DNA of 64,000 nt from the NCBI GenBank assembly GCA_029548485.1, contig JAKPNH010000007.1, forward strand, positions 28,706-92,705. The letters are read 5' to 3'. Made by a program: the position numbers and the translations under genes. Below the pieces are notes generated by a model. The model had not been told where the DNA came from, did no database searches, and saw nothing but the letters and a program-made list of their open reading frames with translations. The number at the start of each line of letters is the position of its first letter. Positions within the stretch are counted from its first letter, which is position 1. This document shows positions 38,114-46,195 of the stretch, piece after piece. Source of the stretch: a bacterium. Lineage in GTDB: Bacteria; Patescibacteriota; Minisyncoccia; UBA6257; Colwellbacteraceae.

Positions 38114-39472
38114 TCACAGGTTTTGCGGTTTATTGATCAAATCCTTGATCAGGGAAATTTTCTGGTTTAATCCCTGGTCTTTGGAAAGGGAAAGGTTGAT
38201 TTTCTCGTAGGCATAGATGGCGGTCGTGTGGTCGCGCTTGCCCATTTTCTCGGCGATGTAGGGATAAGACATGTTTAGGATCTCCCGCAGCAGATAAATG
38301 GCCACCTGCCTCGGCTCAACGATCTCTTTTTTGCGGCCCCGGCCGATCAGATCGTTCGGAGAGATCTCGTAAAAAGTGGAAACGGCCTTGATCACCTGGG
38401 TCGGGCTCACGTTGACCGCCGACTGGGTCAAAATGTCGTTGACGATACTTTCTACCTGTTCGGCGGAAAACCCGTCCTGGTGCTGATTTCTGTAGAAAAT
38501 AAGCTTATTCAGGATGCCTTCGAGCTCCCGGATGTTCCTTTGTATTTTCTTGGCGACGATGCTCACGATCGGGTCGTCGAAAATCTCGTTCCTTTCCTGG
38601 AGCTTTACCTTGATGATGGCCATCCGGGTTTCGTAGTCCGGGAAGCTGATGTCGGCGATCATTCCGCCTTCGAACCTCGAGCGGAGCCTTTCCTCGAGTA
38701 TGGGAATGGCGCGCGGAGGCCTGTCGGAAGAGATGATGATCTGCTTGTTCGCCTCGTAAAGGGCGTTGAAGGTGTGAAAGAATTCTTCTTCGGTTTTTTC
38801 CTTGCCGCCGATGAATTGGATATCGTCGATGATCAGAACGTCGACGTTCCGGTAAGCTTCTTTGACGTCTTCGATCCTTTTATTCCTGATGGCCCAGATG
38901 ACGTCGTTCGTGAATTTTTCCGAGGAAACGTACTTGACGTTGATATTCTTGTAATTGTTCTTGATTTCGTTGCCGATCGCCTGGATCAAATGGGTTTTGC
39001 CGAGCCCGGTGCCGCCGTAAATGAACAGAGGATTGTATTTTTTGCCGATTTCCTCGATAACGGCCAGGCTCGCCGCGTAAGCCAATTCGTTCGAAGAGCC
39101 GACGACGAAGGATTTCAGATTGTATTTGGGATTCAAGCCGGTTTCCGGATCGATTTTAAGCTCGGAAAAAACAAGCTGTTTGGTTTGGGGAGCGGCCTGA
39201 ACCGGTTCCGCCGGTCTCTTGAAAGAAACGCTGTCGACGCTGTAGGTGATGTTCTTGATCGATCCGTCCTTGCTTCGCAGCACTCCCAGGATCAGCTTGT
39301 GGTATTTTGTCTCCACCCATTCTTTAGCGAAATGATTCGGAAGAACGACGGTCGCCTTGCCGTTCTCGTATTCGTTCATGCGGCTGTTCTTCAGCCACGT
39401 AAGGAAGTTAGGCTTTGAAATTTGTATTTCCAATTCTGATAGAACGTTTTTCCAAAGCTCTTCCTTGTTCAT
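38114..39472 (-). CDS. dnaA: chromosomal replication initiator protein DnaA
   Basis: AAA+ Walker A GGTGLGKTHL, sensor motifs, and a C-terminal DnaA-box-binding HTH domain. Confidence 0.95.
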   Translation of the reverse strand: MNKEELWKNVLSELEIQISKPNFLTWLKNSRMNEYENGKATVVLPNHFAKEWVETKYHKLILGVLRSKDGSIKNITYSVDSVSFKRPAEPVQAAPQTKQLVFSELKIDPETGLNPKYNLKSFVVGSSNELAYAASLAVIEEIGKKYNPLFIYGGTGLGKTHLIQAIGNEIKNNYKNINVKYVSSEKFTNDVIWAIRNKRIEDVKEAYRNVDVLIIDDIQFIGGKEKTEEEFFHTFNALYEANKQIIISSDRPPRAIPILEERLRSRFEGGMIADISFPDYETRMAIIKVKLQERNEIFDDPIVSIVAKKIQRNIRELEGILNKLIFYRNQHQDGFSAEQVESIVNDILTQSAVNVSPTQVIKAVSTFYEISPNDLIGRGRKKEIVEPRQVAIYLLREILNMSYPYIAEKMGKRDHTTAIYAYEKINLSLSKDQGLNQKISLIKDLINKPQNL

Positions 39473-39566
39473 GGCTTAATTTTAGGGAAGGAGGGCTTGA
39501 TAGTCAAAACAAAGGAAAAAACATAAGCTGTTGACTACCTGTGGATAATTCGATTATTTTTAATAT
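39473..39566. promoter_or_regulatory. dnaA-rpmH intergenic region with a DnaA box and a putative rpmH promoter
   Basis: A perfect TGTGGATAA lies at 39540-39548. TTGACT at 39531-39536 with a 17-nt spacer to an A/T-rich -10 region. Confidence 0.55.
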
Positions 39567-39701
39567 ATGTCCGTAACTTATCAGCCGAAGAAAAAGAAAA
39601 GAAGCCGCACGCACGGCTTTCTCAAACGTCAGAGCACTCCGGGCGGCAGGCGAACGATCTCGAGGCGCCGCGCCAAAGGACGGAAAAAACTGACGGTCTG
39701 A
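39567..39701 (+). CDS. rpmH: 50S ribosomal protein L34
   Basis: 44 aa. [44 protein letters not shown]. Absent from the ORF track because it is shorter than 60 aa. Canonical rpmH-rnpA linkage. Confidence 0.85.
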   Translation: MSVTYQPKKKKRSRTHGFLKRQSTPGGRRTISRRRAKGRKKLTV

Positions 39702-40030
39702 TGATCGCCAGAAAACATCGCTTCAACGTCTTGTCAAGCAAGAGTTTTGGGGTTTTTTATCGGGGAAATAATCTTTTGATCAAAACCAAGGCCAATGACT
39801 TGACGTTTCCGAGATTCGGTGTCTTTCTGACCAAGAAAAACATTCCCTTATCAAGCCAAAGAATCGCCTTTAAAAGGCTGATTTTTGATTTTATTGACAA
39901 ACAAGGGGTTTTATCGTTTTTCTCCAAAGACCCGAGGGATTTTCTGATCATCAATCTCGCCAAAATGGACAAAATAAGGGATAATAAGCCGGTTATCGAA
40001 AAAGAATTGAAAAAAGCATTCCATGTTTGA
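39701..40030 (+). CDS. rnpA: ribonuclease P protein component
   Basis: RnpA signature RFGVFLTKK ... RIAFKRLIFD. Its start overlaps the rpmH stop. Confidence 0.75.
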   Translation: MIARKHRFNVLSSKSFGVFYRGNNLLIKTKANDLTFPRFGVFLTKKNIPLSSQRIAFKRLIFDFIDKQGVLSFFSKDPRDFLIINLAKMDKIRDNKPVIEKELKKAFHV

Positions 40031-40745
40031 TTTTTTGTTTTTCAGGCCGCTTTTAAATCTTTTGGTATTGATTTCCGAACATTTGGTTGGCGGAGATTTT
40101 GGTTTTTCCGTGGTCATACTCACGGTTTTGGTGAGGATCCTACTTTTCCCGGTTTTCCACAAGTTTTTGAAAGGCCAGCAGGCGTTGAATAAAATCCAGG
40201 CCGAACAGAAAAAAATCGAAGCCCAGTATCCCAAGGACAAGGAAAAACAGCTCCAGGCCATCATGGAGCTTTACAAAGCGAACCACATCAATCCTTTCGC
40301 GAGCATTTTTCTCACCTTTATCCAAATACCGGTCATTTTCGCACTTTACAAGGTGATCGTCGCCGGCTTGAACGGCGCCGCAAGCCAGAATCTTTATTCT
40401 TTTGTAAAACCGACGACGACGGTCAATTATCTGTTTTTAGGCTTGATAAACCTCAAAGAAAGCAATACGATAATGCTTGGTTTGGCGCTCGGAATCCAGT
40501 TTCTCCAGGGGGTCATGTCCGCTCCCGGAGGACTGTCCGGAAAAACGCCTCCAGAGCTCCGAAACGCGAGGAAGACGGCGGTGAATACCAGTTTGACGAT
40601 GGTCGGCCTTCTCGCCCTGTTTTTCTGGAATCTGCCGGCGGCCATCGGGCTTTACTGGATGACCTCGGGAGTGTTTTCTATAATCCAGCAGCTCATCGTC
40701 AACAAAGTAATCGCGAAAGATGGAGAACTTAAAGGAAATAACTAA
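40023..40745 (+). CDS. yidC: membrane protein insertase YidC (short form)
   Basis: Five TM helices with the conserved YidC/Oxa1 core (QQALNKIQAEQKKIEAQY ... ELYKANHINPF). Confidence 0.8.
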   Translation: MFDFLFFRPLLNLLVLISEHLVGGDFGFSVVILTVLVRILLFPVFHKFLKGQQALNKIQAEQKKIEAQYPKDKEKQLQAIMELYKANHINPFASIFLTFIQIPVIFALYKVIVAGLNGAASQNLYSFVKPTTTVNYLFLGLINLKESNTIMLGLALGIQFLQGVMSAPGGLSGKTPPELRNARKTAVNTSLTMVGLLALFFWNLPAAIGLYWMTSGVFSIIQQLIVNKVIAKDGELKGNN

Positions 40746-41151
40746 AAAACTGGTCGGAATGATCGGTTTTAGGGATGCGAACGTCGATTTCGACGAAATG
40801 AACAAACGCATCTTGATTTTCATCGACGACGAGTTCGCCGGCCCGGCCAATATTCCGGAGCTGATCAATCATTTCAGCCGCATTTTCAAGCTGGTGGCCA
40901 AGAAATTCGACGAAGGACCGATCACCGTCGACGTCAATAATTACCGGAAAGAAAGGGAAAAATTGATCATCGAACTGGCGAGAGCCGGAGCGAGAAAGGC
41001 GAGCGCCACCAAAAAAGAGGTGGCCTTGCCGCCGATGAACGCTTACGAGAGAAGACTGGTCCATTCGGAGCTTTCTTTGCGTCCGGACATCAAAACCGAA
41101 AGCATCGGAGAAGGATCGGGCAGGCAGGTGATCATCAAAGTTTTGGAATGA
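40720..41151 (+). CDS. Jag/KhpB-like RNA-binding protein (KH + R3H domains)
   Basis: R3H motif (YERRLVHSELS) and a KH-like domain. Conserved position downstream of yidC. Confidence 0.7.
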   Translation: MENLKEITKKLVGMIGFRDANVDFDEMNKRILIFIDDEFAGPANIPELINHFSRIFKLVAKKFDEGPITVDVNNYRKEREKLIIELARAGARKASATKKEVALPPMNAYERRLVHSELSLRPDIKTESIGEGSGRQVIIKVLE

Positions 41152-41160
41152 TTAACCTTT

Positions 41161-41190
41161 AAAAGCTCCCCGTTATTGCGGGGAGCTTTT
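41161..41190. terminator. strong bidirectional rho-independent terminator
   Basis: AAAAGCTCCCCG-TTATT-GCGGGGAGCTTTT. Sits between the convergent jag and the M23 peptidase gene. Confidence 0.75.
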
Positions 41191-41202
41191 TGATAACGGA
41201 TT

Positions 41203-41994
41203 TTAATTGGAGTCTCCGCTCGATCCTCCGAAAGAAGGGGCGCCGGCAAGAGGATTGATCGGGTTGTTGTTCAACCTGATCTCGAAATGGAGATGGGGGC
41301 CAGATGAACGGCCGGTGCTTCCGGACAAGGCGATTTGCTGGCCTCTCGCGACTTCTTCGCCGACGTCGACGGCGCTTCCGAGACTTAATAAATGGCCGTA
41401 GAGCGTGGTGTAACCCGAAGAGTGTTCGAGGATAATATAATTGCCGTATCCGTCGGAATCATATCCGGCATAGCTCACGACGCCGTCGGCCGCGGCGTAA
41501 ACCGGAGTGCCGGAATTGACGCCGATGTCGATGCCGTTATGCATCCGCCCGTCTCTCATGCCGAAAGGCGAGGTGATCTGTCTTCCTTGGGTCGGCCAAG
41601 CAAGCTGGCCGATCGGCAGTTGAATCAAATCGCCGCTGCCAACCGAGCCCTCGGACAGCTTCGGGATGGAAGGCAGATCGATTTTGAACTGCAAAAGATC
41701 GGGATTGATGGTGCTGATGATGATGTAGCTCGTGGCGAGTATTCCCAACCCCCAGGCGGCTTCGATGATCATGTTTCGAGAACGAAGCCTCGCGGCCGGG
41801 TTGTTGGCGCGCAGGGTGTATTGGAACCCGGCCCAGACAATGATCAAAAAGGCGATAAATCCGCCGAGTTCCCAGGCAAAAACAAAAAGATTGCTGAGTC
41901 CCCCGGGAATGAGGCTGTCTAAGGCTTGCAGGATGCCGGAAGACGAGGTCATTCCGTTCGCGGCTTCGGCGATTCCGATGAAAAAATTGGCCAT
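41203..41994 (-). CDS. membrane-anchored M23 family metallopeptidase (LytM domain), T4SS-associated cell-wall hydrolase candidate
   Basis: N-terminal TM helices. M23 motifs HNGIDIG and YTTLYGHL (HxxxD ... HxH). It is the last gene of the VirB4-containing minus-strand cluster. Confidence 0.8.
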   Translation of the reverse strand: MANFFIGIAEAANGMTSSSGILQALDSLIPGGLSNLFVFAWELGGFIAFLIIVWAGFQYTLRANNPAARLRSRNMIIEAAWGLGILATSYIIISTINPDLLQFKIDLPSIPKLSEGSVGSGDLIQLPIGQLAWPTQGRQITSPFGMRDGRMHNGIDIGVNSGTPVYAAADGVVSYAGYDSDGYGNYIILEHSSGYTTLYGHLLSLGSAVDVGEEVARGQQIALSGSTGRSSGPHLHFEIRLNNNPINPLAGAPSFGGSSGDSN

Positions 41995-42035
41995 TGTTTA
42001 AATTATAACCGAAATAAAAGAAATAGGGATAATCG

Positions 42036-42422
42036 TCAGGAAGAAGTTTTGTCGGCGCTTTTCACGGACGGCCGGGTTTTTTTGGCCTTTTGGACCGCTC
42101 CCAAAACGGCTTCGGTTTCCGGGTGGCTCAAAAGATAAAAAGTGACGATCAGAGTGATGGTTTTGATCGGCAGTAAATTAACAACCGGCAAAAGCTCGAA
42201 AATGCTCCCGGCGAGCGACCAGGTGGCCTTGACGCCTTTCAGCCAAAGATAGCCGTTGATGATGATCCCGGCGAAAAAAGCGACCACGGAGTTCAAGAGC
42301 AAGAATATCGTTCCGACCACCGGCACCAATCCGAAAAGGCCGTTCAAAAGCTCGAAAAGATCGGCTCCGATGGCCACCAGAAAAAGGATTATGCTTTCGG
42401 GTAGAGAGATTTTTTGGGACAT
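42036..42422 (-). CDS. small polytopic membrane protein (3-4 TM), T4SS-associated
   Basis: 128 aa, highly hydrophobic. Lies between the VirB4-like ATPase and the M23 peptidase. Confidence 0.4.
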   Translation of the reverse strand: MSQKISLPESIILFLVAIGADLFELLNGLFGLVPVVGTIFLLLNSVVAFFAGIIINGYLWLKGVKATWSLAGSIFELLPVVNLLPIKTITLIVTFYLLSHPETEAVLGAVQKAKKTRPSVKSADKTSS

Positions 42423-44738
42423 CTAGGCGTTCGCCGGTTCTTCTCCGGCCAAGAGGATTTCTTCCGGATTGGTGGTGATGATCTGGTGCTCGAAAGGAGA
42501 GGCGACGACTTCGATGGCGGCGTGGGTCATGCCGGCGAGGAACAAGCCTTGGCCGATATCCACTTCGAGAAGGTAATTCTTTTCGGCTTCGGAAAGGCCG
42601 AAGGCCTTGGCCGTCGGCTCGATCGACGAGGGCGATTGTTTCAAGAGAAGCTGGAGCGAGGAATTGGTGATGATCGGCCGTCCGAAAGGCGAACTCAAAA
42701 AATCTTCGACGTCCTGGGTGATGGTGGTGATGCCGAGATAATATTTCCTCGCTCTTTTCACCAGCCCGAAAAGGAAAGAAGCCGAATCCGGATACCGCAT
42801 CAACCACCAGGCCTCGTCGATGATCATCAGCCTCTTTCTGAAATCGGCCCGCACCAGGTTCCAGACGAAATTCAAAATGATGAACATAGCGATCGGCCGG
42901 AGTTCGTCTTCGAGGTCGCGGATGGAAAAAACGACCAAGCGGTTAGCGGTGTCGATATTCGAAGGCTTGTTCAAAAATCCGGCGTAGCTCCCTTTAGTGA
43001 AGCGGTAGAGCCGGTCGGCCATGGTCCGGCCGCCTTCGATGTTCCTAAATATCTCTTCCAGGTCTTCGAGAAGGGGCGGAACGCTTCCCGAGAAATCTTT
43101 GTTCGGGGTGATGTCTTTCGAGGCGTAGGCTTCGGTGATGGCCTGGTCGATGACCGCTTCTTCTTCCGGCTTGATCTCCCCGAACATGAGCTTCATCAGG
43201 CTCGTCAGGTTGACGATGTGCGATTTCAGGATCTCGCTCGGACTTTCGTCTTCCGGAATCGGCGGAACGTCGAAGGGATTGATGTGGTTCAAGGAATCGA
43301 GCGAGATCTTGATGAACGATCCGCCGACCGATTCGGCCAGGCTTTGATATTCATTCTCGGGATCGATGATGATCACCTCGTCGCCGACCATGAGGGATCT
43401 CAAGACCTCGAGCTTGGTAGCGTATGATTTTCCCGAACCGGCCTTGGCGAAGACGACGGTGTTGGCGTTTTCCAAGGAAAACCGGTCGAAAATGATCGGC
43501 GTGTTATTGTGGCGGTTGATGCCGTAGAGCACACCTTCGTCCGAAGACAGGGTGGCGGAGACGAACGGGAAAAACGAGGAAAGGGTGTTGGTGTTGAAGG
43601 GATTCGCGATCTCCAGGCGGTCTTCGGCTATGGGCAGGGTGGAGTAGAATCCCTGAAGGTTCTCGAAAAGCAATGGCTTGGCGTAGACGAGCTTGGCCTC
43701 GAGCCCGCTCGAGATGCGATCGAAAATGCGGTTCAAATCCGAAACGTCTCTCCCGAAAACGGTCATGTAGACGCCGACGGAAAAAAGCTTTTCCTGGGCT
43801 TGTTGGAGGTTGTCGCGCAGAGCTTCGATGTCATAGAGGGCGGTTTCGAGCATCGGATCCCGGACCAGGCCTTTTTCCTCGAGCTCCATTATCTGCACCT
43901 GGACTTGGGCCGAGCGGTTGCGGAGCTGCCGCAGGACGTCTCGGGTCTCGGTCGGAGAAATATGGATGGAGATGTCGGCCAATTCGGCGAGGTTGATGAT
44001 GTCCGACATCCAGCCGCTCGCGAGATAGCGCGGATAACCGGAGATGAAGAGGGTCTTCGCCACAAGATTGTTCACTTTGAGCGAACTCGGGGAGATCTCA
44101 AATCTCCGGGGGCCGATGAATTTCTGGGCTTCGGCCGGATTCAATTTTTCTCCCGGATTGAAAGCGCCGTAAAAGAGCTCTTGGAGTTCGGCTTCTTCGA
44201 GGACAATGCCCCGGAGCCCGATACGATGGAGCCCCCTGATGATCTGTTCGACTTTGAGATTCAATTTTTCTTCAGCTTCGCGGACGGCCTTTGGTTCGGT
44301 CTGGCTCCCGGGCTCTTGTCTTTTTCCTATTTCCGGCAGGCTGATGATTTCGTGGGGGATGGTGATGAAGAATCCTTTTTTCATGACGGCGTTTTCGGAA
44401 ACGAAAGCCTCGATGAATTCCCGGTAGATGGCGATCTGGTTCCGCATCATCTCGTTTTTCTCCTGGTCTTCTCTTTCTTTCAAGCGGTTAAGGTAGTCGT
44501 CGATGAAAAACTTTCTCGAGGAAACGCTGATCTCGATCGGATAATCGAGCGAATTAAGCATATCGGCGAAAGCGGCGAGGATCATCTGCTGCTCCTCGCT
44601 CGATTTCAAATCGAAATTGACTCCGTTCACCATGATGACCTTGCGGAGTCCGCCGTCTTTAAGGAAAACCGAATTGCCTTCGATCTTTTTGACCGGCAAA
44701 ACGCTTTCCGAAGAGATGTTTCTGGTTTCCCTGGCCAT
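42423..44738 (-). CDS. VirB4/TrbE/CagE-like type IV secretion ATPase
   Basis: 771 aa. C-terminal P-loop NTPase with Walker A (AKAGSGKSYATK) and Walker B (RLMIIDEAWWL) in the arrangement typical of VirB4/TraC (DUF87-type) ATPases. Confidence 0.75.
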   Translation of the reverse strand: MARETRNISSESVLPVKKIEGNSVFLKDGGLRKVIMVNGVNFDLKSSEEQQMILAAFADMLNSLDYPIEISVSSRKFFIDDYLNRLKEREDQEKNEMMRNQIAIYREFIEAFVSENAVMKKGFFITIPHEIISLPEIGKRQEPGSQTEPKAVREAEEKLNLKVEQIIRGLHRIGLRGIVLEEAELQELFYGAFNPGEKLNPAEAQKFIGPRRFEISPSSLKVNNLVAKTLFISGYPRYLASGWMSDIINLAELADISIHISPTETRDVLRQLRNRSAQVQVQIMELEEKGLVRDPMLETALYDIEALRDNLQQAQEKLFSVGVYMTVFGRDVSDLNRIFDRISSGLEAKLVYAKPLLFENLQGFYSTLPIAEDRLEIANPFNTNTLSSFFPFVSATLSSDEGVLYGINRHNNTPIIFDRFSLENANTVVFAKAGSGKSYATKLEVLRSLMVGDEVIIIDPENEYQSLAESVGGSFIKISLDSLNHINPFDVPPIPEDESPSEILKSHIVNLTSLMKLMFGEIKPEEEAVIDQAITEAYASKDITPNKDFSGSVPPLLEDLEEIFRNIEGGRTMADRLYRFTKGSYAGFLNKPSNIDTANRLVVFSIRDLEDELRPIAMFIILNFVWNLVRADFRKRLMIIDEAWWLMRYPDSASFLFGLVKRARKYYLGITTITQDVEDFLSSPFGRPIITNSSLQLLLKQSPSSIEPTAKAFGLSEAEKNYLLEVDIGQGLFLAGMTHAAIEVVASPFEHQIITTNPEEILLAGEEPANA

Positions 44739-44741
44739 GGA

Positions 44742-45242
44742 TTATCTGTAATCGATCCGGCGGACTGATTCTTTTTCGCCGGTTATTTTTTGGATGATGG
44801 CGTATCTTTGCCGCCATTCGTTTTGGTTCCTGATGAAGTCCGCTTCAAAAGACATTTCCCGCTTGGGCACCGGAGAAATGCTCGTCGTGATGCGTTCGAA
44901 AAGCGTGGTCAAAGACGGTCTGGCCGGAGCTCTGATAGTGGTGACGGCGACGAGTTTTTCTTCGGAATAGGCCGGCCAGACGTAGGCCTTTGGTCGGATA
45001 AGGTAATAGGCGGCGGCCTTGATCACCGCGGGAAGCGGCCGGGTGTTGATTTTGGCAAAAGCGAGAGCGCTGCCGATTCCCATCAAGATTCCGGCGATGA
45101 CTATCCAAAGCCAGTTGGCGAGCGGGAAATACAAGAAATAGGAAATGGCCGCCGGAATAGCCAGATATATAAACTGGTTCAAGGTCAGGGGACCGATGAT
45201 GCGGTTCTCGATGGAAACAAATTGCGGAACTAAAAATTGCAT
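44742..45242 (-). CDS. two-TM membrane protein, VirB3/PrgI-like candidate
   Basis: 166 aa with two adjacent hydrophobic helices (FIYLAIPAAISYFLYF, WLWIVIAGILMGIGSALAF). Lies immediately upstream of the VirB4-like gene (4-nt gap). Confidence 0.4.
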   Translation of the reverse strand: MQFLVPQFVSIENRIIGPLTLNQFIYLAIPAAISYFLYFPLANWLWIVIAGILMGIGSALAFAKINTRPLPAVIKAAAYYLIRPKAYVWPAYSEEKLVAVTTIRAPARPSLTTLFERITTSISPVPKREMSFEADFIRNQNEWRQRYAIIQKITGEKESVRRIDYR

Positions 45243-45281
45243 CGTTAAAGCCTTTCTGATCGAAGAAGGACTTAGTTAATT

Positions 45282-46193
45282 CTACAAAGGAAGGTCTTTT
45301 AAGTCTATTTTTTTGTTTTCCGGAGAAGCCGCGGATTTGGCCACTTCTTCGATGATCTCGTCGTTGAATTTGGTTTGCGGGACCTTGGGTTCGGGTGTTG
45401 CCGCAGGCGGAGCGACCGGAGCCGGTGGTTCAGGTGCGATCGTCGGTTGCGGATTGATCGGTTCTCGGCTGTTTCCGAAAGGACTCAAGGGCGTCATGAG
45501 TGTCGAATAATGCACGATTTTCGGGACAAAAGCCTCGGTTCTGGCGGCTTCAGGTTTTTTCGGAGCAGCCGGGGTTTCCGGTTTTTGCCCGCTGAATTGG
45601 ATCTTGGCCGGACCGGTCGGCTCTTTGAAAGTCGGAGTCGAGGGCTGGCTCGAACTGAAAAAAGCCCGTTTGATCGGTTCGTAATTGATGTTGTGTTCTT
45701 CCGAAAGCGTCTTGAAAGCCGCTTCTTGGTGGAGAATATAAGGAGTCGAAGCCGGAGTTTGGGCTGCGGGTTCCGGAGCAGGGGGGATCGGAGCCGGCGG
45801 CGCGGCAACAGGCTGCGGAGTATCGGCGGCCGGAGGAATGTTTGCGGCCGCGGGAGTAGGGGGTGGTGTTTGCGTCTCCTGGACATCGGCGTTCGGGGCG
45901 GTTCCGGGAACTATGAAAGGAGCGATCGCGGAAAACACCTTGTCGTTCAATTGGGAAGCGATCTGGTTCAAGGCATTCTCGTTCAATTCGGGGAGTTTTT
46001 GTCTCAAAATATTCGGAAAATCGCTGCGGGAAACGTCTCCCCACAAAACATCGTCGCTCGTTTCTTCGACGACGTTCGCTTGGGCTTCGTTTAAATTGAA
46101 AGAAGCTTTTAGAGATTCGAGTAGGCCGGTATATTCATCGCTAAGCAGGACTTCTTTTATTTCGATAGGAAGATTCTCCCATGCTTTGGCCAT
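45282..46193 (-). CDS. hypothetical proline-rich protein (Pro/Ala/Thr low-complexity central region)
   Basis: 303 aa, with PxP-rich repeats (PPPTPAAANIPPAADTPQPVAAPPAPIPPAPEP). Located within the T4SS-like cluster. Confidence 0.4.
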   Translation of the reverse strand: MAKAWENLPIEIKEVLLSDEYTGLLESLKASFNLNEAQANVVEETSDDVLWGDVSRSDFPNILRQKLPELNENALNQIASQLNDKVFSAIAPFIVPGTAPNADVQETQTPPPTPAAANIPPAADTPQPVAAPPAPIPPAPEPAAQTPASTPYILHQEAAFKTLSEEHNINYEPIKRAFFSSSQPSTPTFKEPTGPAKIQFSGQKPETPAAPKKPEAARTEAFVPKIVHYSTLMTPLSPFGNSREPINPQPTIAPEPPAPVAPPAATPEPKVPQTKFNDEIIEEVAKSAASPENKKIDLKDLPL

Positions 46194-46195
46194 GA

